Shown here in pieces: positions 27,022 to 40,944 of a stretch of DNA of 64,000 bases (position 1 is the stretch's first letter; every line of letters begins with the position of its first letter). Under the pieces are notes generated by a model. The model searched no databases, was not told where the DNA came from, and worked only from the letters and a program-made list of their open reading frames with translations. The position numbers were made by a program, and so were the translations under genes. Source of the DNA: Raillietiella orientalis (lineage: Eukaryota); contig JAYWIR010000018.1 of the NCBI GenBank assembly GCA_036172245.1, positions 248,001-312,000 on the forward strand. Reading direction: 5' to 3'.

Positions 27022-30000
27022 ATGTCTGGATCTGGAAATCTGCAAGGTGAATATTTGGTTTGTTTTATTTGCTTCATTGACATATCAAATGATGTAATTC
27101 AGTTAGTATTGTTAAAATGTAAGCAAGGTTTAATAGATGTTGGGAGTAATGCATTGTGTTGAGACAACGCAAAGATGCCATTAATAGAAATCTGAAACCT
27201 CAGAGAAAGCAAACATTGGGCTATCCAAGTTATAATACAGCCGCGTTTAAGTACTGCGGCGTGTACATTTGTTTTCAGCTTCCCATATTAGCCAAAAAAT
27301 TGAGCTTATGAGTTCTTCATGTCATAATGGTTTTTACTATACAACGTTATCCAAACGGGTCTATTAGAATATTGTTCTTCTAGTTAATATTCCTTCTGAT
27401 GCAAGGCTCTCCAGTGTGAAACTTTAATTGTTAATGATCCTTAGCTGTTACGGTCGCGATTTAACTCGTTAAATGTATATTTATAAATGTATGTGCAACT
27501 AGTTTAAAAATGTCGGTGTAACTTGCAGTTCCTGTATCAGTCAGGAGTAAGCTGGTTTCATGGTCCGATTTGTGCGTACATTGACGCCTATTATTTAAAT
27601 ACGAAATATGTATCAGAAGAAAGTATATGCTTGTCTAAGTGTTTATTTTATATGCGATTAGATGTTGCCTATTCAATAAATAAAGGAATTTTTTAAACAA
27701 GAAAGTAGAAAATTTGTTACTTGAGATATTGCGTTATTATGATTATGCTCATATCTACAACAAACATAATTATTGAATATCATAAAATTCCCGATGTCAT
27801 TTTATTCAGAATCTGTAACCTAGTGCATATGTAAAGAGTATTATGAGAAAAGTCAAAATCTTTATGCACAAAACTCGGAAAGTTCAAAGCAGCTAGCTGT
27901 CTGAATGCAAAAGGTGGCAATGTTTGTCTTAATTGTGTATCTGCATCTCTTGCTTTTGATGTTTGAAATCAGTGGGGATGTAGCACTGTTGTCATGTTAG
28001 TTTTAATTTAAAGCCAATTCTTTTACATTTTGCAATTCACCATTCAAAGGATGAAGATAATTGTATGAATTAAGATAATATAACATGATTTTGATGCTAC
28101 ATTGCAGTTATATGAAGAATGCGTATACTATGTATAAGTACTTGTACAAATGATCTATACATCCAGCACTTCATATAATGGAGTGCATATAAAATCGTCA
28201 TTGTAGTTAAGAATGTGAAACCTGACCTTACTATTTCAGCGTAATGTTTAAGTATAATATGTTTAAGTATTGGATTTACTTTATCTTCACTTTAGAATGT
28301 AGCAAAGATAAAAAAAGAGATATCAGGATCATTTTCATTTTAGAAATCGCATGATTCCTATTTTAAGGTTTTTTAAATTAATTGTACTAGCATGGAAGAC
28401 TGAGAATTCTGTATATCTAGGTTTAAATTTAACTTATATATATTTTAAAAGCATTTTTCATAATTTTGTTTCTTAATTAATTATTTTGATTAGATGTGCT
28501 GTATTATCAAGTAATGTAATAGGATTGTTTAAATAAGTGTGTAATCATTGGATTAATTAGGATTAATGTTGCAAAACTAGCCACCAAGTCTACTTTGCAA
28601 AGCCCAGCATAATCAGTGCACCTCATTGATGCACTGTTTCTAATTTGAGTATTGAAGAAACATTTTATAAAAATACTATTCGAGCCTATTCGATCTTTTA
28701 TAATTTTGGGGAAAAGCTCTGATTCAATCTTGTATATAGAAATGCAAAATACATGTCAATCATATTGTGAATATGATAACACATAATCAAGTTTTTTTTA
28801 GCTTAGTTGAATCAACATTGATTATGTTTGAATCCGCTTTCAATCATTTTATGGACCTTTGATAATTATTTGCATTGTAGGTGGTGGCTTCAATTTTGTA
28901 CCTTCCACAACCATTACAGCATTCACATTTGGAGCTACCTCCCCAACAACAAGTGGAGCCGGATTTGGTGCATTGGGGTCTTTCAAAGTTACTGCTACAT
29001 CTTCAGCTAGTATTACAAATACTTCTGCATCCACTACAGGCTTTGGTGGTTTCAAAAACTGGAATGCATCAAGTCCGTTACAGCAACCAACTGCTACATT
29101 TGGTTCCCCTCAACAAATAACTCCAGCATTTGGTGCTCCCCAACAAGAGACCTCTTCCTATAGTACCCCTCAAAAAGGAACTAATGCATTTGGCACTCCT
29201 CAGCAAGGAACCCCCTTTGGTACTCCCCAACAGGGAACAACATTTAACACGACCCCTCAAGGAACACCATTTGGTACTCTTCAACAAGGAAGTACAATTA
29301 ATACTACCCAGCAAACACCTAAACTTGGTACAACATTTCAAGGAACAATGTTTGGCACTCCCCAACAAGGAACTCCTACATTCAGTGGAGCTCAGCAGAC
29401 AACTGTTTCATTTGGCTCTACACCACAAGGAACACCAACATTTAGCAATTTACAGTCAGCTCAACCAGCTTCTACTCATTCTCAAGATGGAATGCCTATC
29501 TTTGGTGTATCAAATGCAGGCAGTGCTGTTGCAACTTCAGGATTCATGTTTTCTCCTTCAGTTTCAACTACTTCCTCTATTGCATCTAGTTTAAACAACA
29601 ACACTCCCTTCCAGACTACTAGTGGAGTGGCTAGTTTATCGCAAAATTTTGCCACACCAGTTACATCATTTGGAATCTCTTCAGGCTTGGTCACTTCTGC
29701 CCCTGTTCCAACTGGTACATTTTTTGGTGGATTTAGCCCTTCAGTATCCACAGTCACTAATGTGCCCATGGCCTCCACAAAAAGCGCATACCACTTTGGT
29801 GGGTCTGCTCCAACATTTTCTACAGCTACCAACCTGAATGCAGCTACAACCACTACTGTTATGTCATCCGCATCACCACTAACATCTGTTCCCACATCTG
29901 GATTCACTGCTCCTGTGATCTCTAACAGTGCTCCTCTTCAACCCATGTTTACCATCTCTACTTCCTACTCTGCTACCACCTCTGTTACTTCAGTAGCCCC

Positions 30001-31146
30001 CTTAATTAGTACGAGCACTCAAGCCCCTATAAGTGCCTGGGCAAGTGGTGTATCAATTACACCAGTCACAATTGCTTCATGTGTACCATCCATTGGTATT
30101 CCTGTTGTTGCCAGTTCTGGGATTGCATTGTCTGCCTTCACTACTGCAGCAACTACATCTGTCACAACTGTGACTTTGAGCAATTTGTCAAGTACAGGTG
30201 CTGGTGTAACTATCACACCTTTATCTGTTGGTATTCATTAAGTCATAGAAATTCTCATTATTAAAAATTGTTTTTATAGCAGCAAGCACCTCTGGTGGGG
30301 TAGGAATTTGCCATACAGTGCCAATCTCTTTCACTTCATCTACTAGTACAACTAGCAGTGCAACTTCGTAAGTGAAACCATGACATTATGAGAAATTAGC
30401 TTGTTCCAGTACCACTGCTTCATCTTATTTGGGTGGTTCTATTCATTTTCGTCAGTTGGAAGAGCTTATTAACAAATGGACTTTGGAACTAGAAGAGCAA
30501 GAAAAAGTATTTCTAAACCAAGCCACATTAATCAATGCATGGGATCGCATGCTAATTCAGAATGGTGAAAAAGTAAGTGACTTTCATATTCACGATTCCA
30601 TCATTATTGCAGATCACTATACTTAATGATGCAGTTGAGAGAGTCAAATTGGATCAGGAAAGAATGGATCATGAATTAGATTTCATTGTAGCACAGCAAA
30701 GAGAACTTGAAGACATCTTGGTGCCACTAGAGAAAAGTGTAGAAGCACTGCCATGCATATCACTGAACCAGCATGTGGATTTGGAGCGAGAACATATGTA
30801 AGAACACTTTAAATAGATGCTTACCAATGTCACTAGGTATCAACTAGCTGAAAACGTTGATGGCCAGTTGAAACACATGACAGCAGATCTTAAGGAAATC
30901 ATAGAGCAACTGAATTCTGCTAATAGTGAAACAGAAACAAATGACAACCAGGTGAGTTGATAACAGTTGTTAAAAGAGATGTGCTGGTAGACATCACAGA
31001 TTGCTCGCATTCTGAATGCTCACATGGATAGTTTACAATGGATTGAGCAGAATACAACATTATTGCAGCGTCAGTTGGACAGAGTCAGCAAGCTATATGA
31101 GCAACAGAAGCATGAACATGAGAAATCTTTGAGACTCATTGAATAG
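27022..31146 (+). CDS. NUP62: Nuclear pore glycoprotein p62 (FG-repeat N-terminus, Nsp1-like coiled coil), 7 exons, about 693 aa
   Basis: Exons 27022-27046 (MSGSGNLQG, phase-compatible but least certain), 28881-30230, 30280-30367, 30410-30572, 30613-30797, 30837-30951, 30991-31146. FG/T/S-rich region followed by QLEELINKWTLELEEQEKVFLNQATLINAWDRMLIQNGEKI...QIARILNAHMDSLQWIEQN. Confidence 0.93.
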
Positions 31147-34100
31147 TTGAGAAGCTTGGATCATTCAGCTGACTTTGTAAATTTTGAATGGAGTGTACAC
31201 TTGTGCATTACATCCATTGTTATCAAACGTTGTTGTTTCTTTAGAAATCTTTCTTTAGATATTATTATCTTTTGCTATGCTCATCATCAGGTCAAGACAA
31301 CTGTGCAAAATCAATGTTTCAGTTATTATTGGCGTGCACATATTGTTATTCCCATGCAAATACTTGCAATTATCCTTTAAGATGGAAGCACGGAGTGAAA
31401 TTTTGTTCCTGCATGAAGTCTTGGTCTTTTCTTTTTTCCATAATCCTATCATCAGACATCAGTGATTTCAAATAAGCAAGGACCCATGCAGTGGTAACAA
31501 AAAATTCTGATCACAATATACCCCCTTATAAGTAAAAACAAATGCTTGGACATCAGTTTTTTGAAATAAGTGTTTGCAATATTCCACATTTTGTAATATA
31601 CATGGAAGGTGAAGTTGAAAGATCAGTGTCTTCAAATTATTGCCTTTGATATGTGTATACATCCAGGGAGAACGATCGTGTGTTTCTAATGATTTTATTG
31701 ATTATATAGAACTCGACTTTCATTAAAATTATTATAAGTAGTCAATATTAGTTTTGTCATTGGGGGGGGGAGTATTTTTCTTGGAAATTTTCCTTTTTCG
31801 CCCATCATCAACGAAAAGCATTTAGGTACCGAAAAAGCAGTCCCGATGCATGTGACTAGTGTGCCAAACACATTGCATTGTAAAATAGATCGTTTGGGTG
31901 TAGGATGTGATAGTAAGCACTTTTTTTTAAAAAAAAAAAAGTCGCTGCTCTAGCGCATTCTGTGTATACACACATTTTAAGAAAGTCTGGAAGCTATTTG
32001 TTTTGTTGGCTCTCACAGGTTTCATCGCATTTGGCGAAGTCTAGCGGTAAATAAATCTACGTGAGCAGTTTCCTGGCTGTAAAATTCACTTCATTCTCGT
32101 AAGCAACAAGGTTGCGAAAACTTGAATCAAAGGAATGCATTCAAACGTTAGAATCTCAAAAGACCTAGGTTGGCTGCACAGCTGCTGTAGTCCTGTGCTA
32201 GCATTTTAATATACGTACAGGCTAAGAACGAGCAGAGACGAATTAGGTCCGGGTTTAGTAAACAGCCGAACACCATCATAGTTGAGATTCCCATGTATAC
32301 AATCGCAAGGTGATCAACAACCCATTTCTCGTACATTCCCACCTTGCCTGGGTAAACAAATGCTTGAATTAGCTGAACAGCATGCACGCAATTTGTAAAA
32401 AGCCTTGCATGAGGCATTGAACTCGAGCATTCGAATTGTTTATTCTACGTAAACTTTATGCTAACAGAAAATGAGTAAGCACCTGCATCTTTTACTTGGG
32501 GGTGGGGGGACCCAAGCAGTGATATCACCCTCCAAGGATCATTCTCAGAATACAGAGAGCATTTGATTGTAGTAAGCAGGAGATAAAAGGAGAAAACGAC
32601 AGTGAATCAGATTTTGAAGATCGAGGAGTGCAAATAACCATTCTATTGAGATGCTATTGCTGAATTTTACCCCTATTCGAATGTAGCGCATATTGGGGCA
32701 TAGTGACAGATACAAGGCACCATGGTAATTACAAGAACATCTTTCCTCGAGAAATACTTATAGGGTGATATGAAATTAGATTGGAAAATTATGTGGCATC
32801 CTAATCTGCCCAATTTCAATCACTTCATTCTTCGAAAAGAATGCTTGAATTCCTCGGATAACAGGAAAATAGTACAAACAGCTGCAGATCATCGTTAGCG
32901 TTTGCTGGTGGACTTACAATTATCATCCACGTGGGATTGATATACTGAAAAATCATTTTGAAGGTCCAGGAACGAATAATGCCAATAAAAACAAAAATCA
33001 CTTTCTTGCTGACATTCACTTTCATTCATTTGGCTTAACCTCATCCCCTCCTTCCTTAATCCATCTTTTCGGGATTACAATTATCAATAAATCTGTGAAG
33101 CAATTTATAGTTTCACTTGCTATATGGTTTCTCATTCCTTACGCTGATTTATTGCTCGCTAGGCACTACCCAATTGCCAAAGTACCGAAATTGAGTAAAC
33201 CTTCGTTCCATAAACCATAAGCAGTGTCTTATAGGATTTCGAACTTTGTTCAGGTCATGATGTATCATCGTTGTGAAAGAGTGCTTGCATTTTTTATAGC
33301 AAAATGCCAATATAAAATCGTGTTGAGATTCATCTGTTTCATTTCGGAACATCAGCCTGACGCACTCCTTTGAAAAAGGGTTAATTATAATATGAATTCA
33401 TGAACCAAACGAAAAGATATCCAGAAAAGAGAAACCCTTATATTTAAATCTAGATCCAAATTATTAGCAAGTGTCTTCTTTGTTAGTTAAACGTTTATTA
33501 TCCTTTGCAAAAAATATGAACCAGTTGAACGAAAGACACGAAAGTTTACAAATAAAGTAGCATAGATTCACGTTCTAATTGTGATACCATATTTTCCTAA
33601 ATCATCGAACTATAGGGTATTTCCCTGAAAGAGAGATCACATAAATGTTCAGAAAGGAATCCGTAGAATTGTGAAGCAACCTGACCAATCTTGTAGCATC
33701 TTCAAATTTTGCTTGTTGTCCGAGCGTGTTTAATGAGATACGAACTTCCAGATGTTTGTTTCTATAGGAAAAGGAGTTCGTAAGCAAAAAGTGATATATT
33801 TCATTTGTTTCATATTGTGATTCGAAATTTTATTTCTTTTTGCTTTTCTATTTTCTCTATGTTTCAATGTCATTCTTGTGATATACATCTTTTAGTCTCA
33901 GATAGCCTTAGATATACATTCGCAGCAACTTTCCCGTTCATTCTGTCTGCACCCTAAAGCTTTTCAAAACTACTATTTGCTCGTATTCTTTGCAATCATT
34001 TCGTCGTCCGCCTGTCTTCTCCTATCCTAGCTCCGAAATTCAACCTCGGACTTGCATCTCTCTGTGCCCTCGAATTTGTAAACCTACTTTTTCTGAAGAC

Positions 34101-35068
34101 TACAATTACCTAGTGAAAAATGAATATTTATGGATTGTAATTATAAATATCTTTTAACTGATCATTTTGCAAACAGGGTTTTATGCGATAGTTATTGGCT
34201 AAGTAACACATATGTCCTTCATATATATCTGGAATTACTTCAAAACGAACGTATGGCATTAGATTGTTCAACTGTTCATTATTTATTTTAATCCATTTGA
34301 TGACAAGGACTGTATACGCACAGTATTTCAATAAACTCTATAAAGATACAAAAAGACAAAGAAAATATGTGCTCTTAGGTGAAAAAAATGCATATGTATT
34401 TGTATTTCCATATATCTTCCCCAGTTATCATCGATATTTCCATAATAAAGAGCAATTTTGTGCATTTGAAAAATTTTCTCATTACACTATTTATTCACTA
34501 ACTGTATGATCAAGTATTCCAATTATTAATTATATAATGATTTAAAACATTGTGTTCCAGCTTACTTGATTCAGTAGAAATAATGAAATTTTGGCATTTT
34601 TGTTGAGTACTGATAAATCTCTAGGCAGTGTTCAATCGAAATGAGTATTTATTTTTTTGGTATTTGCGAGTGCTATGTCGCAGGTCTCCATCATACAACA
34701 TTCACATCTTATTTAATCTTATTTAATATTATAGCCCTTGTCGAAAATATATGGTCTTTTTTGACAATACTTTGGCGCTCCATTAGCGGAAGCGGCTGGT
34801 TGAAATCGGGACTAGAGTATATAATGTGCTTTCACCTAGATTGTCTTGAGCGAATGAAAGCATATCTAGGAATTTTAAATTGATTGTAATTATAGGCAAC
34901 AGCATTTTTGGGGTTGTTTTTAGTTTCAAGGTCTATCTGCTCATAGTTACTTTGGACATATGCAGCAAGAAAAGTAAATGTGGCTCTTATATCTGAAAGA
35001 TTAAGAGCAAAAGTTTTGTTGAAGTTTGTTGAGAAAAGAGAACAGAGCATCATTTAATCGCTCTAGTC

Positions 35069-38000
35069 ATGCAGATGAAATCAACAGAAGCAACCTTGCT
35101 CACTTCCCATCAAATAATTGAAAGTGGAACTAATCTGGATACCAATTCGTTAGAAAATTGTGATTTTCATGCTGTGGGCGACTCGTCTATTGTGAAGTTA
35201 GAAAGCAAACTTGGGTGTGAAGTACCATACATCAAACATCGAAGTTTTGAATATAAGCGTGTGCGATGCAAAAGTGAATCAGAAACACTCAATTTCAGTA
35301 AAGTGGTAAAACGATTCAGAGAGTTCTCTCCATTACAAAAGGAAGATTGTTTTTCCAGTAATTCTCAATCCGGTTCCCTCAGTTCAAAAAATATTGAATC
35401 TCAAAGGCAAGTATCACTAGATTCGGAATATTTATCAAAGAAAGCATCATATAAGTGTACAAAAGATCTCACCCACAGTGAAACCATGGATAGTGTGAAT
35501 GAGGTAATTTTTTCAACAATAACTTATTTCTCAAAGCATTCGCATTCAACCTTTAAATGTTCTTATGCCCTTTCACTAATTTCTTGTTTCACTTCTTAGG
35601 ACTATAAAGAATCAAAGAATGTTGATACTGTTGAGTCTTGTGTTTGTGAAATTTATGATCAAAAATTGAAACTAAATGGAAGTGAACACAACACATCTGA
35701 AATGGGTTCTGATTTTGAATTGGAGAGGTTGGTGAATATTTTCTAACTATTTCTGTTTCTTATCGAGTGAATACGGTTTATTGATTTTTATTTATTTTAT
35801 TTGGGTGTTATTTGGATTGAATCAAAGTCGCATTGATTGCGTTTTTTTTTTTTTATATCTAATTTTTGCATCTCTGAACATGTATTGTTTTCCCTTGGTA
35901 TACATAGTTCCCTGGAGGAGGATGGAGAAAGTTCGAGAACAGATTCATCAGATGTAATTAGCACTGATGAAGGTAATGTATATTCGCAGCAAGTGTGTGT
36001 GGATTTGTGTTATGTGGATTATGGAATGTATTTGATATATTTTAATTGTTTGGTACAAAAGGGTTCTGTTCAACCCCTGTAATTGAAGATGAATACAATG
36101 CTACACCATTAGTGGAGAATTCAGAGACTGAGGGTTTTCATTCTTCCAAACAGATGACTGTTGAACCACAGCTGAGAATCCCAAGTAAATTCATGTATAC
36201 AAGAAATATGTATCAAATGTGATTTCTTTATTATAGAAGTGCAGGTGCCTCTTTGGCTAAGTCATTTTTCTTATGTGCCACCTCATCTCCGTTTTCAGTA
36301 TTTGGGTGAAGGTATGATTTTTGTTAACAATTATAAGCTATGCTTTCTGTGTAGAAGCCAACTTTGTTCCTTTTCCCAGTGAGATTAGGCATATGCTACG
36401 ATGGAGACTGAGCACTATCACACCAGTGTTAGTGCGGGAAAGGCTAACTGCAGTTGGTTTTCGTTTAAGCAAAAGTAAATGGAATTTGCTATTGGTAATT
36501 CTTATAGTGATGATTGATTAGAAACAGAGCAGTGGCTTGGAACTTGGGGAAAGCATATGCAGGCAGCTGTTTTTCGTTCTCTTACATCAGTCCAGAAAAT
36601 GAACCATATTCCAGGATCATTTCAAATTGGTCGCAAAGATCGTTTATGGAAGAATTATCAAAAGCTGCAATCCAGATTTGGTTCCAAGAAGTAAGCAGCC
36701 AGAAATTTCTTTTGAATTGCAAAAAATTTTATAGTTTTAATTATCTTCCTGTGACATATGTGCTTCCTCGTGATATGAGGCTTTTGAAAAAGCAATGGAA
36801 CAAATTAGATAATCAGCCAAAGTGGATTGTTAAACCAGTGAGTTATGAGGGTTGGATTTTTACTTGATGTTGAACAGCCAGCATCTGCACGTGGACAAGG
36901 TATTCAAGTCATAAGTAAATGGAGTCAGTTACCCCAGCAAAAAGGCATGTTGGTTCAGAGGTACATTGCTCGTCCTCTGCTCATCAATGGTACCAAGTTT
37001 GATTTGCGCCTGTATGTCTTGGTGACTTCTGTGCATCCATTACGAGTGTATCTGTATTCTGATGGTTTAGTTCGTTTTGCCTCTGCTGAGTACTCACTTG
37101 CTCCAGCTACTTTATCTGATACTTATCGTCATCTTACTAATTACAGTATTAATAAGACCAGTGCTACTTTTAAAGAGAACAACAATGCATCTGCATGTAA
37201 TGGACATAAGTGGAGTCTTCGTACATTATGGAAATATTTGGCTTTGCAAGGTGTGAATACACAATTACTGTATCGGCAGATGCAAGATATTGTGATCAAA
37301 ACTCTGGTATCTGGAGAGACTGCTTTGGTATCCCTTACCCAGACTAATGTTTCTTCACGTTACTGTTGCTATGAGCTGTTCGGTTTTGATATCTTATTGG
37401 ATTCACATTTAAAGCCATGGCTTTTGGAAGTTAATATATCTCCATCTTTACGTGCAACTTCACAGTTGGATTCAGACGTAAAAGGACCATTAGTGCAAGA
37501 TGTTCTTAATTTGGCCATGTTCCATCTTCCTGGAAGCCGTGTAGGACACCAACAAGAGGTGAAGCTGTTGTGCATGTTGTTATTTCTTTTTTTTCCTCCC
37601 CCCTCTTGACCACCTTTCAGGTCCAGCTGATCCACAATCTAGGATTACCAGAAAATATTGGTACCCTGTTTCATGATAAGCGACTTTATGCCACTTCATT
37701 GAGTCCATCTGCTTCTGCCAAGCATGAGTTCTTCACAAGCTCATCCATCAGTCGAACTAGTTATTTGAGTGCTATTTTGAATGATCTGACATCAGATGAT
37801 GTTCGTGTGCTGATCCGTCATGAAGATGAATTATCACGTTGTGGCAGGTAAAATTAAAAGTGAATAAATTTATTTCCATTATGTCTCACTTTGTATGTAG
37901 ATTCCAGTGCATTTTCCCCACAAAAACGACCTATCGGTATCATCGATTTTTAGAATCAGCACGCTATTATAATTTTCTTTTGGATGCCTGGGAGCAGTTT

Positions 38001-38285
38001 TATGGGGATAAAAGAGCTGAAGGTATGTCTTTATCTGTGAAATCTATTTAAGTTTTTTCCATAGGTATAAGTTATTTGGAACAACTTTGTCAAAAGCAGT
38101 ATCATTTGTTGGATGATTCTCAAACATCTGTGTCTTTTAACAAATCTGCAAATACTAGTTTGCTCCCATCTCAAAGTATGCCCCCAAATTCCAATGTTTC
38201 ATCTCCCATCAGTGCTGATGAATCAGAGAGGTATGTCACCACTCCCATATACCACACATTAGCTGGTGTGCCAGTTGCCACATAG
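35069..38285 (+). CDS. TTLL4: Tubulin monoglutamylase TTLL4-like, 12 exons, about 822 aa
   Basis: Exons 35069-35503, 35600-35727, 35908-35972, 36062-36184, 36237-36311, 36355-36474, 36522-36690, 36735-36837, 36878-37558, 37621-37847, 37901-38022 and 38065-38285 join in frame. Motifs WLGTWGKHM, NHIPGSFQIGRKDRLW, WIVKPPASARGQGI, KFDLRLYV, YELFGFDILLD, WLLEVNISPS. Confidence 0.9.
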
Positions 38286-39737
38286 TTTCTAGTTTCTTAC
38301 CTATCACATTTTGAGCAAATTGCTTGCAAACCACAAACTCAAAGAAAGTTTAAAATTAAATCTTATTTTTCAAGCAGTGTTGTTTTCCCATGGAACTATA
38401 TCTTCAAAAAACTTCAAAGAACATTTCTCAATGAATATGCAGCTATTCAACATTGTGTGTGCATGTGCACATGTATGTATATTCATATATGTATCTATAT
38501 ATTGCAGTGCTAACAATGCTCAGAGTGACTGCAAATGACTTAGAATCGGTTATGATTGATACTTGTATTAGCAAATTTCTTTGAATAGAAAATTAAAATG
38601 TTTTAAGGATGTTGATGACTAAAGTATGTTTTTTGATGTGGAAGGTAAGGCTATTTTTTGCTTAAAGAGCGTTCCAAAGAAAGTTGCATTCCTAAAAGTC
38701 GATTTGTTTCTTAGTTAAAGCAGCCAGAGATTCCTGAATAGTTTGTAGCTTTTTATCCACACTGAAATAAGCAATGTTCTTCAATTTCTGTATTTGAACT
38801 AGTGGCATTCAGAGTTTAAGAAAAGTACCATATTGCATAAATTCTTTATTCACGTTAATCCCTTTCATCCTAAATATATTTGTTGAAGTGGACTTATGCA
38901 AAAATTTAGTTTTCCATACAATGAACATCTGTCTGTTCAGCTTCATAACAGGAAGACAAAGGGCTTTAAAAAGAAATGACAGCATGCACATTAGTAAAAA
39001 AAAAAAAAAAAAGAAAAAAAAAAAAAAAAGTGAATTGTGTGTTAATATTTATGTTCCAATCTTCTTGAAAATTCAAGAAATAATGTCAAATGATTTGTGA
39101 AACTAGTGAAAAACGTAGAAATTTGAGGAGTAATGTCATTTGGAGATGTGTTGGCACTCCAAATACATGTACATTGTACAAGTGGGTTTAAAGGGTTTCT
39201 TATTTGCAATTGAATTTTGAACCTGCATTTTAGAAGGAATGTACTACTTATGAAGTGATTTGAGTACTTATCCTTAAAGCATTAAAAAAAGTCACAGGTT
39301 ATAAGCCATTATATTTTAATGTTAGCATCTATATTATATTCCAATGTAAGTGTGACATTTGGTTTTTGGTTTTTTGGACAAAAATTATCTCGTCATATTA
39401 AAATAAACAAGTTGGAATTAAGGTTTCAAGCATGCAAGTATTTTTGAGAACACTAAAAATTCAAGCTGAATTGGCACAGGAATTCAACTGTTTTATTGTT
39501 TGAGGAGGCTTGTATAACAGTTCAATTAGGAGTACATCTCTTAGATTTTACAGCATAATTCACTGGTGATATTTCACATTCACTGGTGTATTGTAAACTC
39601 ATATGCTTTATTGCTATACTAACTTTTGTGGCATAATGAATGACTTTCATGATACTCATCACCAGGCATTATAAAAAAAAATATATAAAAATGTAAAGGA
39701 CAATGAAAACATCTTCATGATGCGAATGTCTTTCAAA

Positions 39738-40944
39738 CTATACTGATGCCATAGACATTTTGACCATGGTTTTCACCAATCCTTGAAGATTTGTGTTTTG
39801 CTCATGGGATGTCAAATTCAATTGTGCCTTATTATTTTTGACTGTTTTGGTGTGCCAGACTAGAATACGTGTGCATTGGTTTGCTTTAGGTTCCAGATCG
39901 TGCAGCTGCAGATCCAAACTACGCAAGAAATAATCTTCTTCATAGCCAGCATGATAAGGCATTGTTGCATTTGGTTTACTCTGAAGTAATTCTAATCGAA
40001 CTGCAAATCCTGCCATGTCTATTTGAAACTTTCGGCCAGCTTTCCAGCTGTCAAAAAAACCTTTCACTGTGTCCTGTAAAACACAGTTGTTGTTGGTACA
40101 TATAAATACAGTCATGCCTTTAATGAGCTTACATTTATCACAACTGGTGAACTAACACCTAGTTTGCCTATTAATCCAACTGGGAACACTGAAACGACTT
40201 TTGTTGAACGTATCTCTTGAAAAAGCTCTACAGTAAACATGTTATCATCATCAGCGAAGTAAACGATTCCAACATTAAAATGTCTCTGTACCCATTCCAA
40301 TCCTGCCCGTCTTCCGGATACCCCACGTGGAAGAAGGTGATGCTTTTTGTATCCTTCTGGAGTAGGGCTAACTAAATGACTATAGGAAAGGTTTGAATAT
40401 GCTAATGTTTCTTCCACTATAGAGCCACACTGGTCATTATCTTCACTTACAATCCAGTGAAGATTTGGCACAAATTTCAGGACATAACTAAGCTTAATCA
40501 ATTCAGGTACTTGCTCAGGTCTACTGTATGTAGGCGTAATGACAAAAATCGGAGGCCATGGTTCAGAGCTGAAATTCTATCAGAAGAAGAAAAGAAATGC
40601 AGAACAATTTATTTGTATTCAAAATCATCATTTCCATTTAATATGTCATAGCAGTGAAAGTTGTAACTCTTACATTAGTTCTCATATTTGTTAATTTTTT
40701 CGTGATTGCGGATATCAGACAGACATCTTACCTTTGTATATGTATTGCATTCAGAACGAAATTCTCGAAATGAGATTTTTTGGTTAATTTTCGTAGCTGC
40801 ATTCTTTTGTCTTGTAGTATTTAAGTATTGCTGTCTTTCCACACACACTAATACAACAACTATTAATGTAAATACAGTTAAAACTATAAAATAACGAAAA
40901 TATATATTATTTATGATTCTTTGCATTGAATTGTGCATAGCCAT
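39738..40944 (-). CDS. Galactosylgalactosylxylosylprotein 3-beta-glucuronosyltransferase (GT43, GlcAT-P/S-like), paralog 1, 330 aa
   Basis: Exons 40944-40732 (N-terminal TM), 40576-40133, 40073-39738. Motifs IFVITPTYSRPEQ, LHWIVSED, YFADDDN, FQIDMAGFAV, LEPKANQCTRILVWHTKT. Confidence 0.92.

Noticed and set aside
29098..29445. Regularly spaced ~27-30 nt repeats superficially like a CRISPR array
   Set aside because: They are in-frame coding repeats within Nup62 in a eukaryotic genome, with no unique spacers and no cas genes.
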